Shown: one piece after another, positions 10,710 through 22,982 of the stretch
Layout: the number at the start of each line of letters is the position of its first letter
Numbering within the stretch: position 1 is the first letter of the stretch
Assembly (NCBI GenBank): GCA_003427395.1
Contig: BFEA01000004.1
Span: 8,612,993-8,676,992 of the forward strand
Length of the DNA: 64,000 bases
Direction of reading: 5' to 3'
Source: Chara braunii
Lineage: Eukaryota; Plantae; Charophyceae
Position numbers and translations under genes: made by a program
The notes under the pieces: model-generated
What the model was told of the DNA's origin: nothing
What the model saw: the letters and a program-made list of their open reading frames with translations, nothing else
Database searches by the model: none

Positions 10710-13700
10710 CACTATCTTAGCTGAGAACCCCCAACCAATGATTAGAAGTGTACCAAACTACTGGAAGGACCTGCTGAAGGAAGAGCTTACTTGGAAAGCT
10801 GGGCAGTGAGGCGTCCTGACACAGGAAACTCCCCCACAAAATGCCTACATATTCCCCCGCAGACAAATCGTTACAGGCCATCACGCGGTTTTCATATCCT
10901 TTCCACTCATCTACGATAGAAAAGGGACTATTAAACCACCAGTACTTCCCAAAATCGCAGCTCATATACGGCCGCGACTTTCGGGATGAATGGGCCTGGG
11001 GCGCTATTACAAATTCAGTCAAGTGGAAATGTCGCCGTTTTTTCATTTGGCTGGCCGTATGCAAGACGTGACTTGCGGAAATACTGGTGGTTTAAACTAT
11101 TTCCAGTATCACGAATCTCGACCTAAGGGGTCGGGGATAGTCTTGGTGGCGAGAAGAGGTCAGCTATGGATGATGTTCGTCGGGTCAGTACTGTCCTCGA
11201 GTAGTAATGTCCCGGTATAAGGAGGGCTAGGAGTTGCTCTACGATTAGGAAGCTGGAATTGCTGATATAGCATAGTATTCAATTTTTTAGCTCTTCATCA
11301 AAAAAGATTCTTAGCCGAAGCCGGGTAATGGCCCCGGCACCTCATATGTTCTGTAAGAATTCATGTGGGACGCTGGACCCGGTTTCCAGCAGTGCTACTC
11401 CCCACGAATAGATTGGAGCAATTAAAAAAAAAAAAAAAAAAAGCATTAGAAGCCTTCTCTGATGAAGGGTAGTGAGAGTTACGGGCATGTACTAGCAACG
11501 GATCTTCCAGATAAGTATGCCAATAGAAGACCTCAAATTGCGCCCAACTGAATGGGCATCCCAACCGCGAGCTGGCAGAAACAAGACCCCCATCCCCATA
11601 AATGAGTGTTCCATCAAGCTGCCGTCTTCCCCCGAGCACAATCCACCCTCATTTTGACTGTATCGGACCGGGAACGCACCTTGTATACATTCATTTCCAG
11701 GGTGCGCTATGCTCGGGGGAAGATGGTAGTCTAAAGAGTAGTAAAGACTATTCCTAAAGAAGAAGTATTCTTTCCCATCAATCCAACATAGACGAACTGA
11801 GGCTCGGCGATCGAATTCCATCCAAATAACGAATAAGTACCATGGAAAAGATTTAAGTGTTGAGACCAAATAATAGCATATGTCACCCTGCCCTATTAGA
11901 TCGATTGGTGCCAGCATCTGCCATCAGGAGCCCCGAGCGGTTGCTGGTCCAGCACAATATCATCAAAAGGTAGGTGATCTAGGTAGGATCTAGAAGGAAA
12001 TGATGTGCCTCGGCTAGCTCAGTTGATTGAGCACGAAAGTGGTATTCATGAGGTCGTGGGTTCGCTCCCCACGCCGGCCATTCAATCCCCCACGCACCCC
12101 TGTGACACACTTCGGGTTCACCAGTGGAGTTAATCGGCTTGGGCCTCCTGGCTGGTTGTGGAAGCAGGCAGTCACTTTCCATCTCGTGCCAGGTGTTAGG
12201 AGCCGGGATACTGATCCCCACATAGAATCGAGTTGGAGGCGGGGAATCCAGCCCATAACCCTTAGTGTGTCCATGGTGCGAGGGTCCATCCATACGAGGG
12301 AAATTTGAGAGAAAAAAACATGTACAGCTGTCCCCGATGAGTAGAAGATGGAAAAGTAGCCCTGCCATCCAACGCGGGGCTCAATGTCAGGCGAGGAAAA
12401 ACTGCAGACAACATAGTCAGATGTGTAGTCTGCCCCAAATTCCCCCAATCAAGATCAAGAAGATATCGTCCACTGCCTAACCAACTGCCAAGAAGCCACA
12501 GAGTACTGGGCTAGAGGAAGCTACCTGTGGTCCCATCTCCCGTCCCAGAACAGTCCTTCCGAATCCTCATGTCGATAACACCCCATCTCATCCAAGTACG
12601 TACGAGAGAGTACTCTGTGGGTAATATGGAAGGAACCGCGCCGTATCACCCCGGATAAGACTCGGGTCGCAAGGGGACAGGTGTGGACAGCAACCGAATG
12701 GATGGTTGAAGCAGAAATCAACTGCAAGTGGCAGCAAAATGAAACTATACATACAGAAAAGCCCAGACGCAGAGCATGGCAGGGAGGCTAAATTCAACTG
12801 TAACTGGTTATAGCTAGTGGCCAAAAGGCAGCACTCGATGGAATGCGGCTCACGTAGTCAGACTAGCATAGCTCAGAGAGGATGAATCACCAGCAGACCC
12901 AGCATGGGAGGGAGGAACAGGACTCTATCTGGGCGTGAAAAAGTGTCGAGAATTCTTGGGTCAATGGGCACGGCAATTCAAGACTTGGAATTCAATCCGG
13001 CCGAATGGGACTAAGTATCCTGACCCCATAATTAAGAGTTAAAAAACAAATGGCTAAAGCTAATTGGTCAGGATGCCAGTCAGATATAACAAATACCATG
13101 GAAAAAGGTCAAAACAATCCGGCCTATCAAAATCAGAAGCGTCCGATGACTCATCTCCTACATGGCTCTACCAGTCTACCAATGGTTCCCATATCAGAAG
13201 AAGGAAGACCGATCATAGCAACTCAAGACTTATGCGTGATACGTTCGGACAATGAACCAGAAGACATGATACACTGCTTAGTATGTTGTATAGAGGAGAC
13301 GGGAGTACTGTGCTACGCCATCCGACCTTCGGGACTCTCTTTTCTCTACCCCCTTCCCTGAACACCCCATCCAGCTCGTCCTATGGACTAACATCCCGGC
13401 TCACTTCCTGAAGACGGAGAGGATCTGGTTCGGTATCATCAGAAAGGTGACACTTTGGTCTACATGCAAGGAAAGGTCACAGGTGATGCAGAACTCTTGA
13501 AGGCCTCTCCACTCCAAGAGAGGGTATTTGCGCCGCGACAAGGTCATTGATTCTATGCTAGTGGCAGGAAACAAAGCACTCTATGCCGGACGACTTCGAC
13601 CTGCAGCAGAAAATCAAAGCTAAATTTACAAGGGTAACGGCTGGTGGGAGGAAAGGTAGTCGACATAAAGGACTCCTGCATACGGTGGAAAAGCTGGCAC

Positions 13701-14064
13701 AATTCAGAAGCGGGGTTTAGAAGGCAGAAGTCCCAGCCAACAGACTGGCAGGACCCAATACAGGCTACATAAACTCTATGGCAAAGAAGCGATCAATTTG
13801 CAAGTTCAGGGCTTTCGGCTTCTTTACCTCTTATCCCTTTTCTGTTTTCAAGTTATATGACAGGTTTGGGTGAGAGGAAAGGCACAGGGAAGGCAAGCTG
13901 ACACTCAATCCTCCAGATATCTGGAGCAGTCAACGCTGATCAGGGGTCCTTCGGCCAAACGGAAGGAAAAGTGAGGGTGGTATTTCTGACTTGCCGGTGG
14001 AATAGGAACCGGACTGTTGCTCCCCAGACTGGATATGGAGCCAGGGCCATAAGGACCTGTTTTA

Positions 14065-14098
<34 letters not shown>
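10710..14098 (+). mobile_element. Cluster of decayed LINE ORF2 3' fragments with tails
   Basis: LLKEELTWKAGQ*GVLTQE (matches the 3769-4050 peptide); zinc knuckles EDIVHCLTNC (about 12460) and EDMIHCLVCC (about 13260); poly-A at 11424-11442 and 14071-14098. Confidence 0.75.
12007..12318 (+). mobile_element. tRNA-derived SINE (Lys-like head)
   Basis: Head 12007-12080 with A box TAGCTCAGTTG and T-arm/B box GTGGGTTCGCTCCCCAC, about 230-nt body, A-tail; interrupts a LINE remnant. Confidence 0.7.
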
Positions 14099-14101
<3 letters not shown>

Positions 14102-14108
14102 CTTAGTT

Positions 14109-14452
14109 AGCCTGGTAGCTCAGTGGTTAGAGCTCTGTGACCCCTCCTGTATCCGGGTCGTCCTCGATGTCCCTGTTGTAGCGCCTGGGGGGAAGTGTCT
14201 ACGACCCCAAGGAAGGTGCGGGTTGGTGTAGGTCTAGGTCTAGATAGAGAGGTCCGGGCCGCACTGCTGTAGGGATCGACTTGCGATAAGATTAGGATAT
14301 AAGAGGTCACAAATGACACCCCCTGGAGGAAGACTGTCCTTGGGGTTGCCGCAAGCCATCCGATCCCCTCACTGGTTGAGTACAACGACAGACACCTCGG
14401 GACGCCTAGCATATACCCTCTACCTCGATATGGACCTTTTAAAAAAAAGAAA
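14109..14452 (+). mobile_element. Probable SINE with a tRNA 5'-half head
   Basis: GCCTGGTAGCTCAGTGGTTAGAGC (D-arm/A box), no clear B box, ends in an A-tail at about 14441. Confidence 0.5.
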
Positions 14453-14559
14453 AGTTGCAAATACATAATTTACAAGACCCAACTCACATGAAGGGCCATA
14501 TCACGACTAGCAAAATGGATGAAGAACAGAGGCAACTTCGTGTGTGCTTACAACTTGCA

Positions 14560-15635
14560 TCCTCCCTTTTCTCTTTTCATCCTTCCCTTCCTCTCTTCCC
14601 TTCTATTCTCTCCTTTCTCCCTCCATCGTTCCCTACCTTCCTAACGTTCATCACTGCCTTTTCTTCTTTCTTCCCTTTGGTTCCTCTTGCTCCTCTCCCT
14701 TCTTTCCCTCCCCTCCTCCAGTTGTCTGTCCTTCCCTCCCTTTCTTCCATCTCATGTGAAATTAATCCCTTAGGATCAACTACCTTCCTTTTCTTGATTT
14801 TGTACTTGGATTCCTCCCTGCCTCACCTCCTCCCCTCCTCCATATCTTCCCTCCCTTCCTTTCCTTTCCTTCTTTCTCTTAAACCACCACTACCTTTCCC
14901 AGGCAACATCGAGGATCAAAAGTGTAACATTCCATATTCTTCAGATGAACAGTGCCACCACATCACAATGGCTGGCGGCACCAGCCGGAAAAAAAAAAAA
15001 AAAAAAAAGCGCGGGCGGTTCGGCAAAGCTTGTCACACAGTTCGTTTCCACCTCGGCAAAAACGAGGCCCTCTCCCTTCCTTCCCCCCCTCCTCTCCCTT
15101 CCTTTCCTTTACTCCATCCCATTCCTCAAACCGTCCCCCAACTCCTTTAGCCCCTTCTACTTTCCTTTCCCTTCCTTTCCCTCTTCCTCCTGTTACATCC
15201 CTTCCCTCTCCTCAACTCCCCTCCCCTTTCCTCCGTTCCCTCTCACTGCTCACTCCCTTCCCTCATCTTTTGTAAGTAATCATCTGTGATGATGCCAGCC
15301 TTTCGACTACAAGTGTTCAACTGTGTTGCGTTGTGCCTGCTGTGTTCGTGAGTTGGTCAGTCTGTTGTTGAAAGTCCACTTCCTCCCTTCTCCTCTCCAT
15401 TCCTATCCATCTTTCCTCCCGTCACTCCCTCTTTCCTTCCCCTCCCCCTGCCTACAACTTCTCTCCTCGTCCTCCCTTCACTCCCTCTTTCCCTCCCCTC
15501 CCCATGCCTACCACTTCTCCACTGGTCCTCCCTTCACTTTGTCTTTCCCTCCCCTCCCCCTACCCATCACTTCTCTCCTGATCCTCCCTTCACTCCCTCT
15601 TCCCCTCACCTCCCCCTGCCTACCACTTCTGTTAT
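14560..15635. repeat. Pyrimidine-rich (CT) low-complexity tract
   Basis: Long runs of CCCT/CCTT/CTCC on the + strand. Confidence 0.85.
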
Positions 15636-15766
15636 GAACATGATTGTCCGTTGAAATTTTGTCAACGCTTACTCACAGGAACTCCCGTGCATGCCCATAC
15701 ATGCACAGAAGGAAGGGGAGAGGTAGTGGAGTGTCACACCGCCCAACAGAAGAAACGCAGCGGAAG

Positions 15767-17032
15767 TGTTGCATATCGTAAAGGTGCAGACCAGAACAAG
15801 AACCGACCTCTCTCACAAAGTACAAGATAGCGTAGCGGAAGACTTAGATACCAATGATCCGAAAAATCAATGTTGCAATGCAGCCCCAAACATACATCGG
15901 ATTACATCCTCATCATTCCATGGTGTGAAGGGGCCTGGCCCTCACACAGGAAGAATGCGCCAGTCCCCAACCATACACAGACGAAGAAGAGGGGGATTGG
16001 ACGAAGAAGAGGGGAAGATGGGAATGTCGTCAACACCAAGTCTTCGGCACAGGCCCCAAATAATCCCTCGTCAAATGTCTGAATCCCAATGTCGAGTCTG
16101 GATCCAATGTCGTCAAGTCCCAAAGTCACAACTCTCTCTCTCTCTTGTAGTCTGCAGATACTGAGAAGTCAGGTAGCGAGAGGGTGAAGAAGAGATGGTG
16201 GACTTAGAAGAGGACGAAGAAGAACTCTCTCTCTCTCTCTCAGTCTGGTACTAACCTGTGAAGTTGGCGCCTTGATGCAGGTGCCTCGAAGATGAAGCTG
16301 GAGCTATGGCGCCACAGGTAAGTCTCCCTGGCCTCCGCCAGCCATCTCTCTCTCCAACACTACTCTACTCCTACCAGCGCCCAGCGTTGAAGACTACCAC
16401 TCCAGCTACTAGCGCCCAGCGCTGAAGACTACTGCTAGCACTAAAGCTACTCCTGCAACGCTCCTCCAGAGTGCTGCTGCCGAATCCTGAAGACTACTCA
16501 CTGCCTTCTGCCTGGGAAGTTCCTAGGAACTACCTCGTGACTATCTGACTGCCTGCAGCCTGCAGGGCGGGCTAGTCTTATTTAGTGTTGGCCCGTCCAG
16601 GAGGCTGCTCTTGCCAATGCCAAAACGTGCCAGACCCTGGTGTTGAAGTTTAAACAAAGGTTGTCTTGAAAACAGGCCAAAAATGGCCTGTGCTAAAAAC
16701 CCTGGTCTGGTGCCTAAGTTTCAGGGCAGGTCGACTTTATGAGGGCCTGAAACGGAGGGCCATTTTCAGGGCCTCATAAAGTCGACCTGCCCTGAAACTT
16801 AGGCACCAGACCAGGGTTTTTAGCACAGCCTGAAAATGGCCCTCCGTTTCAGGCTGAAAAGACTCGGGGCCTGGAAGACCCTCATTTTCAGGCTTTCAGG
16901 TTGAAACGACACAGGGCCTGTAAGCCCTTGTTTTCAGGCTTTCAGGCTGAAAACGACACAACGCCTGTAGGGCCCTTACTTTCCTTGTTTGGTCGGGCCT
17001 TGCAGGCCCGTGTGGATGCGCAGTATGCCACA
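15767..17032 (-). repeat. 3' LTR (contains an internal inverted duplication)
   Basis: Near-identical to 19424-20569; preceded on the minus strand by PPT AAGGAGGGGGGGG (17033-17045). Confidence 0.92.
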
Positions 17033-17189
17033 CCCCCCCCTCCTTGAAAGACCGAGCTTACCTGCGAGGGCGAAGTTGCCTGTCGGAGGGAGGGACCAAA
17101 GTCCGGGTGAGAGGGGCAGGTTTGCGAAGCTTCCTTAGATGGTCTTCGTCGCTCGTAGTCGGTGTAGATCAGCGGTGCAGATGCTTGCA

Positions 17190-18592
17190 AATCGGCGAAC
17201 TTGGTGTCCAAAATGTCGAAGGACACGTCCTCGCTTACATGCGGGGCGAAGTACACGAGGACAGGGTCAATGCACCGGTCGATTGACTTGTGCGCGTGAC
17301 TGTCAGCCAACGTGACTTGTGTGGGTTGCGACTTCCTCCGAACGCGTGGCCCCAAGCCACTGCGTACCAGAAAATTGTGGCCCATATAGTTGTGAGTGCT
17401 TCCGCAATTGATCAAAGCGATGTAGGTCGCCTCTCCGAACTGAATGCGTATGTACAACAATGGCGCGTCGATGTCGTTGTACCGTTGTGTCTTGAACTCA
17501 CGGTCGATCTCCGCAATGTAGTCGTGAAGGTCGACAACCTCTACTCCGGCGTCCATCAACGGAGCTGGTACTGTAGTGTGCAAGCAATCCCGCAATTGTG
17601 CCTTGAGCACGTTGCAATGCGGTTTCGACAATCGACCGGTCGGGGGAACGGGCATCCATTGGAAGTCGGCGAACATCAATGGGTCGAGCTCCTCAAGTCT
17701 TGACAATGACGCCGAATCCCCGACGATAGATGGCGACGAAGCTGCCGAATCGGTTGCCGATGGTGGTGAAACCGTGCATGCAGTGGATTGTTGCACGTGG
17801 AGTGGTTGGTCCAACGGTGGGACCAAGTGGACAGCGTAATCCTCTTAAGATTACCGAGGACTTGCGACATACGCCTCCTCCCCAGATGTGTAGGAGGCCG
17901 CTAGCAAGGCGACCGAATCTGGCGGAGTGAGAGGTGGAGTCGCCTCACCTCCCGTGCAGCTCAGTTTCCCGAGCTGTGGTACTGGCCGTCCATTTCCGGC
18001 CGGCGATGCGGTTTTTGCCTTCCCTTTTCCCGGGAGTTGTTGTTGCTTCGCGGCTGGACGGAGGCCACCTGATCTCCCTCACGTGATGCTTGGGTGGCTG
18101 CCGGGTCTTCCACAATGGTGTCCGGTTGGACTGCGGCGACATGCTGCAAATGCGGACCAAATTTTCCCTTCTCCACATGGGCTGGCTGCCACGCTGTCTT
18201 CTCGTGTGCAGCAGCCCAGTTGGTCTTGATGATCTCTTGGATGGTTCGAAATGCCGAAACTTGAGCTTTTCGATGCTGGCAGCTTCATGCCGCTGTAGCA
18301 AATCCTGGGCCTCCTTTCGGCGTGCCTGGGTATCTGCGTCTGCTTTGGCCTGAAGCTGCTGCTTTTCTGCCTCTGCTTCAGCTTGTAGGCAGGCAGCCTC
18401 GGCTGCCGCCTGACGTTGTTCCTCAGCCTCGATCAGTGCGAGTTGAGCCTGGAACCGCTGTCGGTACTCGGCAATGGACTCATTGGCCAGTTGGCCTGGC
18501 ATGCCCAGAACTGAGACCGTCATGGTGGCGGGGCACTGCTGACGTGGCTCTGTTGCTGATGTGGCACTGTTGCTGACGTGGCACTGTACCAA
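17190..18592 (-). pseudogene. Gag-like coiled coil and aspartic protease remnant
   Basis: LGMPGQLANESIAEYRQRFQAQLALIEAEE...; YIALINCGSTHNYM (degenerate protease site); homologous to the 63133-64000 peptide. Confidence 0.8.
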
Positions 18593-19408
18593 ACTAGGGA
18601 TGCAGGCAAAGGGTTGGGTGGGAGGGGAAACTCAGGTAGGTAACCAACCAAGCTATACTTTCCTCCCGGTCCTAATCAACAGAATAAAATAAAATAAAAA
18701 AATAAAAGAAGAGGATCACCCCCCCCCTTTTTTTTTTTTTTGTATATCTGTCGATTTGTTATGAGTGAGGCATGTCAGAGGAGTACTATGAGCGAGATCT
18801 AGGCCAGGTCCCACAAAGTTCCGGCTTTCACAAAAATGCGATCTTGAAAAAAAACTTTGTGCAAAATAGAGTAGAGATGCGATTTTCAGAAAAGAACTAA
18901 ATCCAGTTTCTGAGAATATGACAACCTCCTAATATGCCTAAAAACGAAATGCTGATAGGCTTCGCAAGATTTCCGTTTTCGAAAAAAAATTTGCGAGATA
19001 GAATGGAGATTCAATTTTCAGAAAAGAATAAATCCGGTTTCCGAGAATATGACCACCTCTATCGTTATCCTACTATGCCTAGAAAACGAAATGCTAACAT
19101 CAGAAATTTTCGGCTATGTATGCGAATATCAGAAATTTCGGATGCTAATATCAGAGAAACGAAATGCTACTTTCAGAAATTTTCAGATATTTGTTGCGGG
19201 AAAAGTTGAAAACGAAATGCTAATATCAGAAATTTTCAGATAAAACGAAATGCTATTATCAGGAATTTTCAGATATTTGTCGCGAGAAAGAAAGAAAAGA
19301 AAAAAAAATTCAGAGATTTGACGAAGTCCTACTTGATTTACTAATAAACAATCAATAGATCAAGCAAGCTGGCTACTTGATTGAGCGGGTCCTCTGATTG
19401 AGAGGTCC

Positions 19409-19420
19409 GCTCCAATACCA
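19409..19420 (-). promoter_or_regulatory. Primer binding site (tRNA-iMet-like)
   Basis: TGGTATTGGAGC 3 nt downstream of the 5' LTR end on the minus strand; variant of TGGTATCAGAGC. Confidence 0.8.
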
Positions 19421-19423
19421 AAC

Positions 19424-20569
19424 TGTTGCATACTGTAAAGGTGCAGACCAGAATAAGAACCGACCTCTCTCACAAAGTACAAGATAGTGTAGCGGAAGAC
19501 TTAGATACCAATGATCCAAAAAATCAATGTTGCAATGCAGCCCCAAACATACATCCTCATCATTCCATGGTGTGAAGGGGCCTGGCGCTCACACAGGAAG
19601 AATGCGCCAGTCCCCAACCATACACAGACGAAGAAGAGGGGAAGATGGGAATGTCGTCAACACCAAGTCCTCGGTACAGGCCCCAAATAATCCCTCCTCA
19701 AATGTCTGAATCCCAATGTCGAGTCTGGATCCAATGTCGTCAAGTCCCAAAGTCACAACTCTCTCTCTCTTGTAATCCGCAGATACTGAGAAGTCAGGTA
19801 GCGAGAGGGTGAAGAAGAGATGGTGGACTTAGAAGAGGAAGAAGAAGAACTCTCTCTCTATCTCAGTCCGGTACTAACCTGTGAAGTTGGCGCCTTGATG
19901 CAGGTACCTCGAAGATGAAGCTGGAGCTATGGCGCCCAAGGTAAGTCTCCCTGGCCTCCGCCAGCCATCTCTCTCTCCAACACTACTCTACTCCTACCAG
20001 CGCCCAGCGCTGAAGACTACCACTACAGCCACTAGCACCCAGCGCTGAAGACTACTGCTAGCACTAAAGCTACTCCTGCAGCGCTCCTCCAGAGTGCTGC
20101 TGCCGAATCCTGAAGACTACTCACTGCCTTCTGCCTGGGAAGTTCCTAGGAACTACCTCGTGACTGTCTGACTGCCTGCAGTCTGCAGGGCGGGCCAGTC
20201 TTATTTAGTGCTGGCCCGTCCAGGAGGCTGCTCTTGCCAATGCCAAGACGTGCCAGACCCTGGTGTTAAAAGTTCAAACAACGGTTGTCTTGAAAACAGG
20301 CCAAAAATGGCCTGTGCTAAAAACCCTGGTCTGGTGCCTAAGTTTCAGGGCAGGTCGACTTTATGAGGGTCTGAAAATGGCCCTCAGTTTCAGGCTGAAA
20401 AGACTCAGGGGCTGGAAGGCCCTCGTTTTCAGGCTTTCAGGCTGAAACGACACAGGGCCTGTAAGCCCTTGTTTTCAGGCTTTCAGGCTGAAAACGACAC
20501 AGGGCCTGTAGGGCCCTTGCTTTCCTTGTTTGGTCAGACCTTGCACCCATGTGGATGCAGTATGCCACA
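19424..20569 (-). repeat. 5' LTR
   Basis: Direct repeat of 15767-17032, adjacent to the PBS. Confidence 0.92.
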
Positions 20570-20574
20570 GGAAG

Positions 20575-22185
20575 ACTCAGAAGGGCGAAAAGACAGAATA
20601 CCCAACACAGTGGATTCTCTCCACAGAAGTCCCAACAATCATTCATAGAAGACAACTAAGAGATCACAGCCAGAATTTGAAGAAGAGATTACAACTCAGA
20701 CACAGTATTAAAACTGTTTATTAAACTCAGAGCATCGTTCAACTGAATAATCTCAGAACCCTGTTGTGCTACCCTCAAAAGGGTAGCGCCTCAACTCCAC
20801 ACACTCTGAGCAGCTAAAAATAGCACCAGAACCCCAGGTAACACCCAGTGCCACCCTGACATCCAACTCAGTGGCCTGCACCGGTATGAAACAGGCTCCC
20901 AGAGCCAATCACCGCTCAGATGATGAAGAAGAAGCTCAGCCCCAACTGTCTCTGTTGAAGATGAAGTCCAGACGATGATAATCTCTGAGAAGATGCAGCT
21001 AGGGCTGCATCACTACTGGGACCCTACTCCTGAGGAGGGTCAGCAGTGCACCACGTGCTCCAACGCATCAGACCTCTACTAGCCCAGACCGCTTTGACTC
21101 TCAGAGAGGCAGAGCAGACAGCGTTGACCCCAGTCTGGCTAGCGCTCCGGAGGTCTGGCGATGTCCGCTGTCTCCCACTCATGAATCAGTCACCACGACC
21201 TGATGCTGCGTGCGCAGCAACTTCCACCACAAAGTGTCAACTGCCAAAAGCCCTGGACTGATGCTCTCAACCTATCTATACTCTACCCTAGCCTAGACTC
21301 GACCTAGACCGGACTGACTGACCGACCGGTACCATTTCTGTTTCGGCCCCTTGGGCCTCTTCCTACCCGGCCATAGGCTATAGGACTGTCTATCAGCATA
21401 GGCCCTTAGGGCCTGTCTGTCCTAGGGGTAGCCCGGGTCTGCTATTCGCAGTTAGGGTAGCAGTAGGAAATTTGAGTTAATACTGGGCCTATATTTTCCC
21501 ATATTTACAATTATGTCCCTCACGAATTTTCCTTACAAGTAGGTCTCTCGGTTAGCCCTCAGTCAAACAAAATTATGAATCTGTCCCTACCTATGGGACA
21601 GCCTCGTCAGAGAGAGGCTACAGGCAACCTGGAACCAGCAAGTCATTGCACTTCTCTCCGGAAACTTTGTGGCCATAATTCGATCCCAAAAGAGAACTGA
21701 CATCCACAACAAGATGTCACCCCTTTGCCCCGGTGAGCTCCATTTCCCACTGGGCGATCAAAATGCAATGAACGTCAACAATAAGCGGTTAACAGGGAAC
21801 CCCACTTTTCAGCCCTGGTTAACCCCCTCAACCCTGAAAAGTGCATCGGAGATCATTTTTTAAAGTTTTTTGAACTTTTTCTCTTTTTATCCTTTTGCTC
21901 TGTTTTATTTTTGGTCAAGGTCTGTGTGTGCCAAGTTTGGTGTTTGTTGGGGTCTTGGAGTTGACTGTTTTTGCTAGCCCTGAAAAATCCTGAAAATCCT
22001 GAAAACTGAAATGAGTGAATTTTGCACGAAAACACACTTTTGCCTTGCTGTTTTATAGGTAAGTTTTTTTTGGGTAAGTAGTTAGTATGATCTCCACTCT
22101 ATGAATTGGTGGCAAGTTTGGTTAAAATGACCCTTGGGTTATGTCATGAATGGCCTGACAAGTGGTCTGAAAATTGAGGCCTACA
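20575..22185 (-). mobile_element. Probable older LTR interrupted by the 15767-20569 element
   Basis: Left piece 15732-15766 starts TGTCAC..GCAGCGGAAG and continues at 20575; LTR-like composition; end and TSD not resolved. Confidence 0.4.
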
Positions 22186-22303
22186 TTAACCGTCTCTCGC
22201 TATTCCAGAAGTGACCAGAGAGACCGAATTCCTAAACGTCTCTCTTTCTCTCTTCTGATCTGCCTAATGGTTTCCTCTACCGCTTCCACTTGAGGGTATT
22301 TTA

Positions 22304-22920
22304 CATGGCTGCGCCCGACCCAGACCCGGACAGCTCATGTCCGGGACCGGACGCATGTCCAGTCAGGTCCAGACGTCCGGACTTCCAGACACATCCTGAC
22401 CTCCGGGCATGCATGGTTCCGGACGGTCCGGACCGGTAAACAGGTCTGGAAATGTCCGGACCATTAAAAATAAATAAAAATAAATAAATGATTTAAAAAT
22501 CTGAAAACAAAAGTATGTTATGCAGAATAACAATGCAAAAACATTTTTGCCTCAGAGTCATGTCAGAATTCCTAACCAAACTTGAGTTAAAACTTAAAAG
22601 TCAAAACTATAAAAAACTTTAAAAAAGACTTTAAAAACTAATAAAAAGTAATGAATTATTAATAATTAAAAAAATGGGGGTGTCTAATAAATTATTATAG
22701 AGAGAGAGCATGTCCGGAACCCCCAAAAAATCATAAACGGGCCTGAAAACCCCCCAGAACAATTTTGGCTCCTCAGTGGGGAAGGGTCCTGGACCGTTTT
22801 TTTTTTTTTTTTTTTTTCCTCGAAATTTGGCAGATCTGGACCTTCCAGACCAGACGTCTGGAGTCCGGACTGAATCCAGACCATCTGGACGGCAGTCTCA
22901 ACGTCCGGATTGTAGCCATG
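22304..22920. mobile_element. Non-autonomous hAT-type element
   Basis: TIR CATGGCT/AGCCATG, 8-bp TSD GTATTTTA, CCGGAC-rich subtermini. Confidence 0.88.
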
Positions 22921-22982
22921 GTATTTTACAAATTTTATGTGAAGTTTTCATGCCTTATCATGAGAAGAAGAGTAAAAGACAT

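Larger units (their letters stand above)
15767..20569 (-). mobile_element. Non-autonomous Ty3/Gypsy-derived LTR element
   Basis: Two TG..CA LTRs (15767-17032, 19424-20569), 5-bp TSD GGAAG (15762-15766, 20570-20574), PBS, PPT; gag-like and protease remnants only, no RT or integrase. Confidence 0.92.

Noticed and set aside
12007-12080. Functional tRNA gene
   Set aside because: Acceptor and anticodon arms pair poorly, and it is followed by a body and A-tail as in a SINE.
12997-13012. GAATGGGAC, like the HDV ribozyme 3' end
   Set aside because: No nearby P2 partner or core; chance match in LINE debris.
14455-15637. Pro/Ser/Leu-rich ORFs
   Set aside because: Translation of a low-complexity pyrimidine tract.
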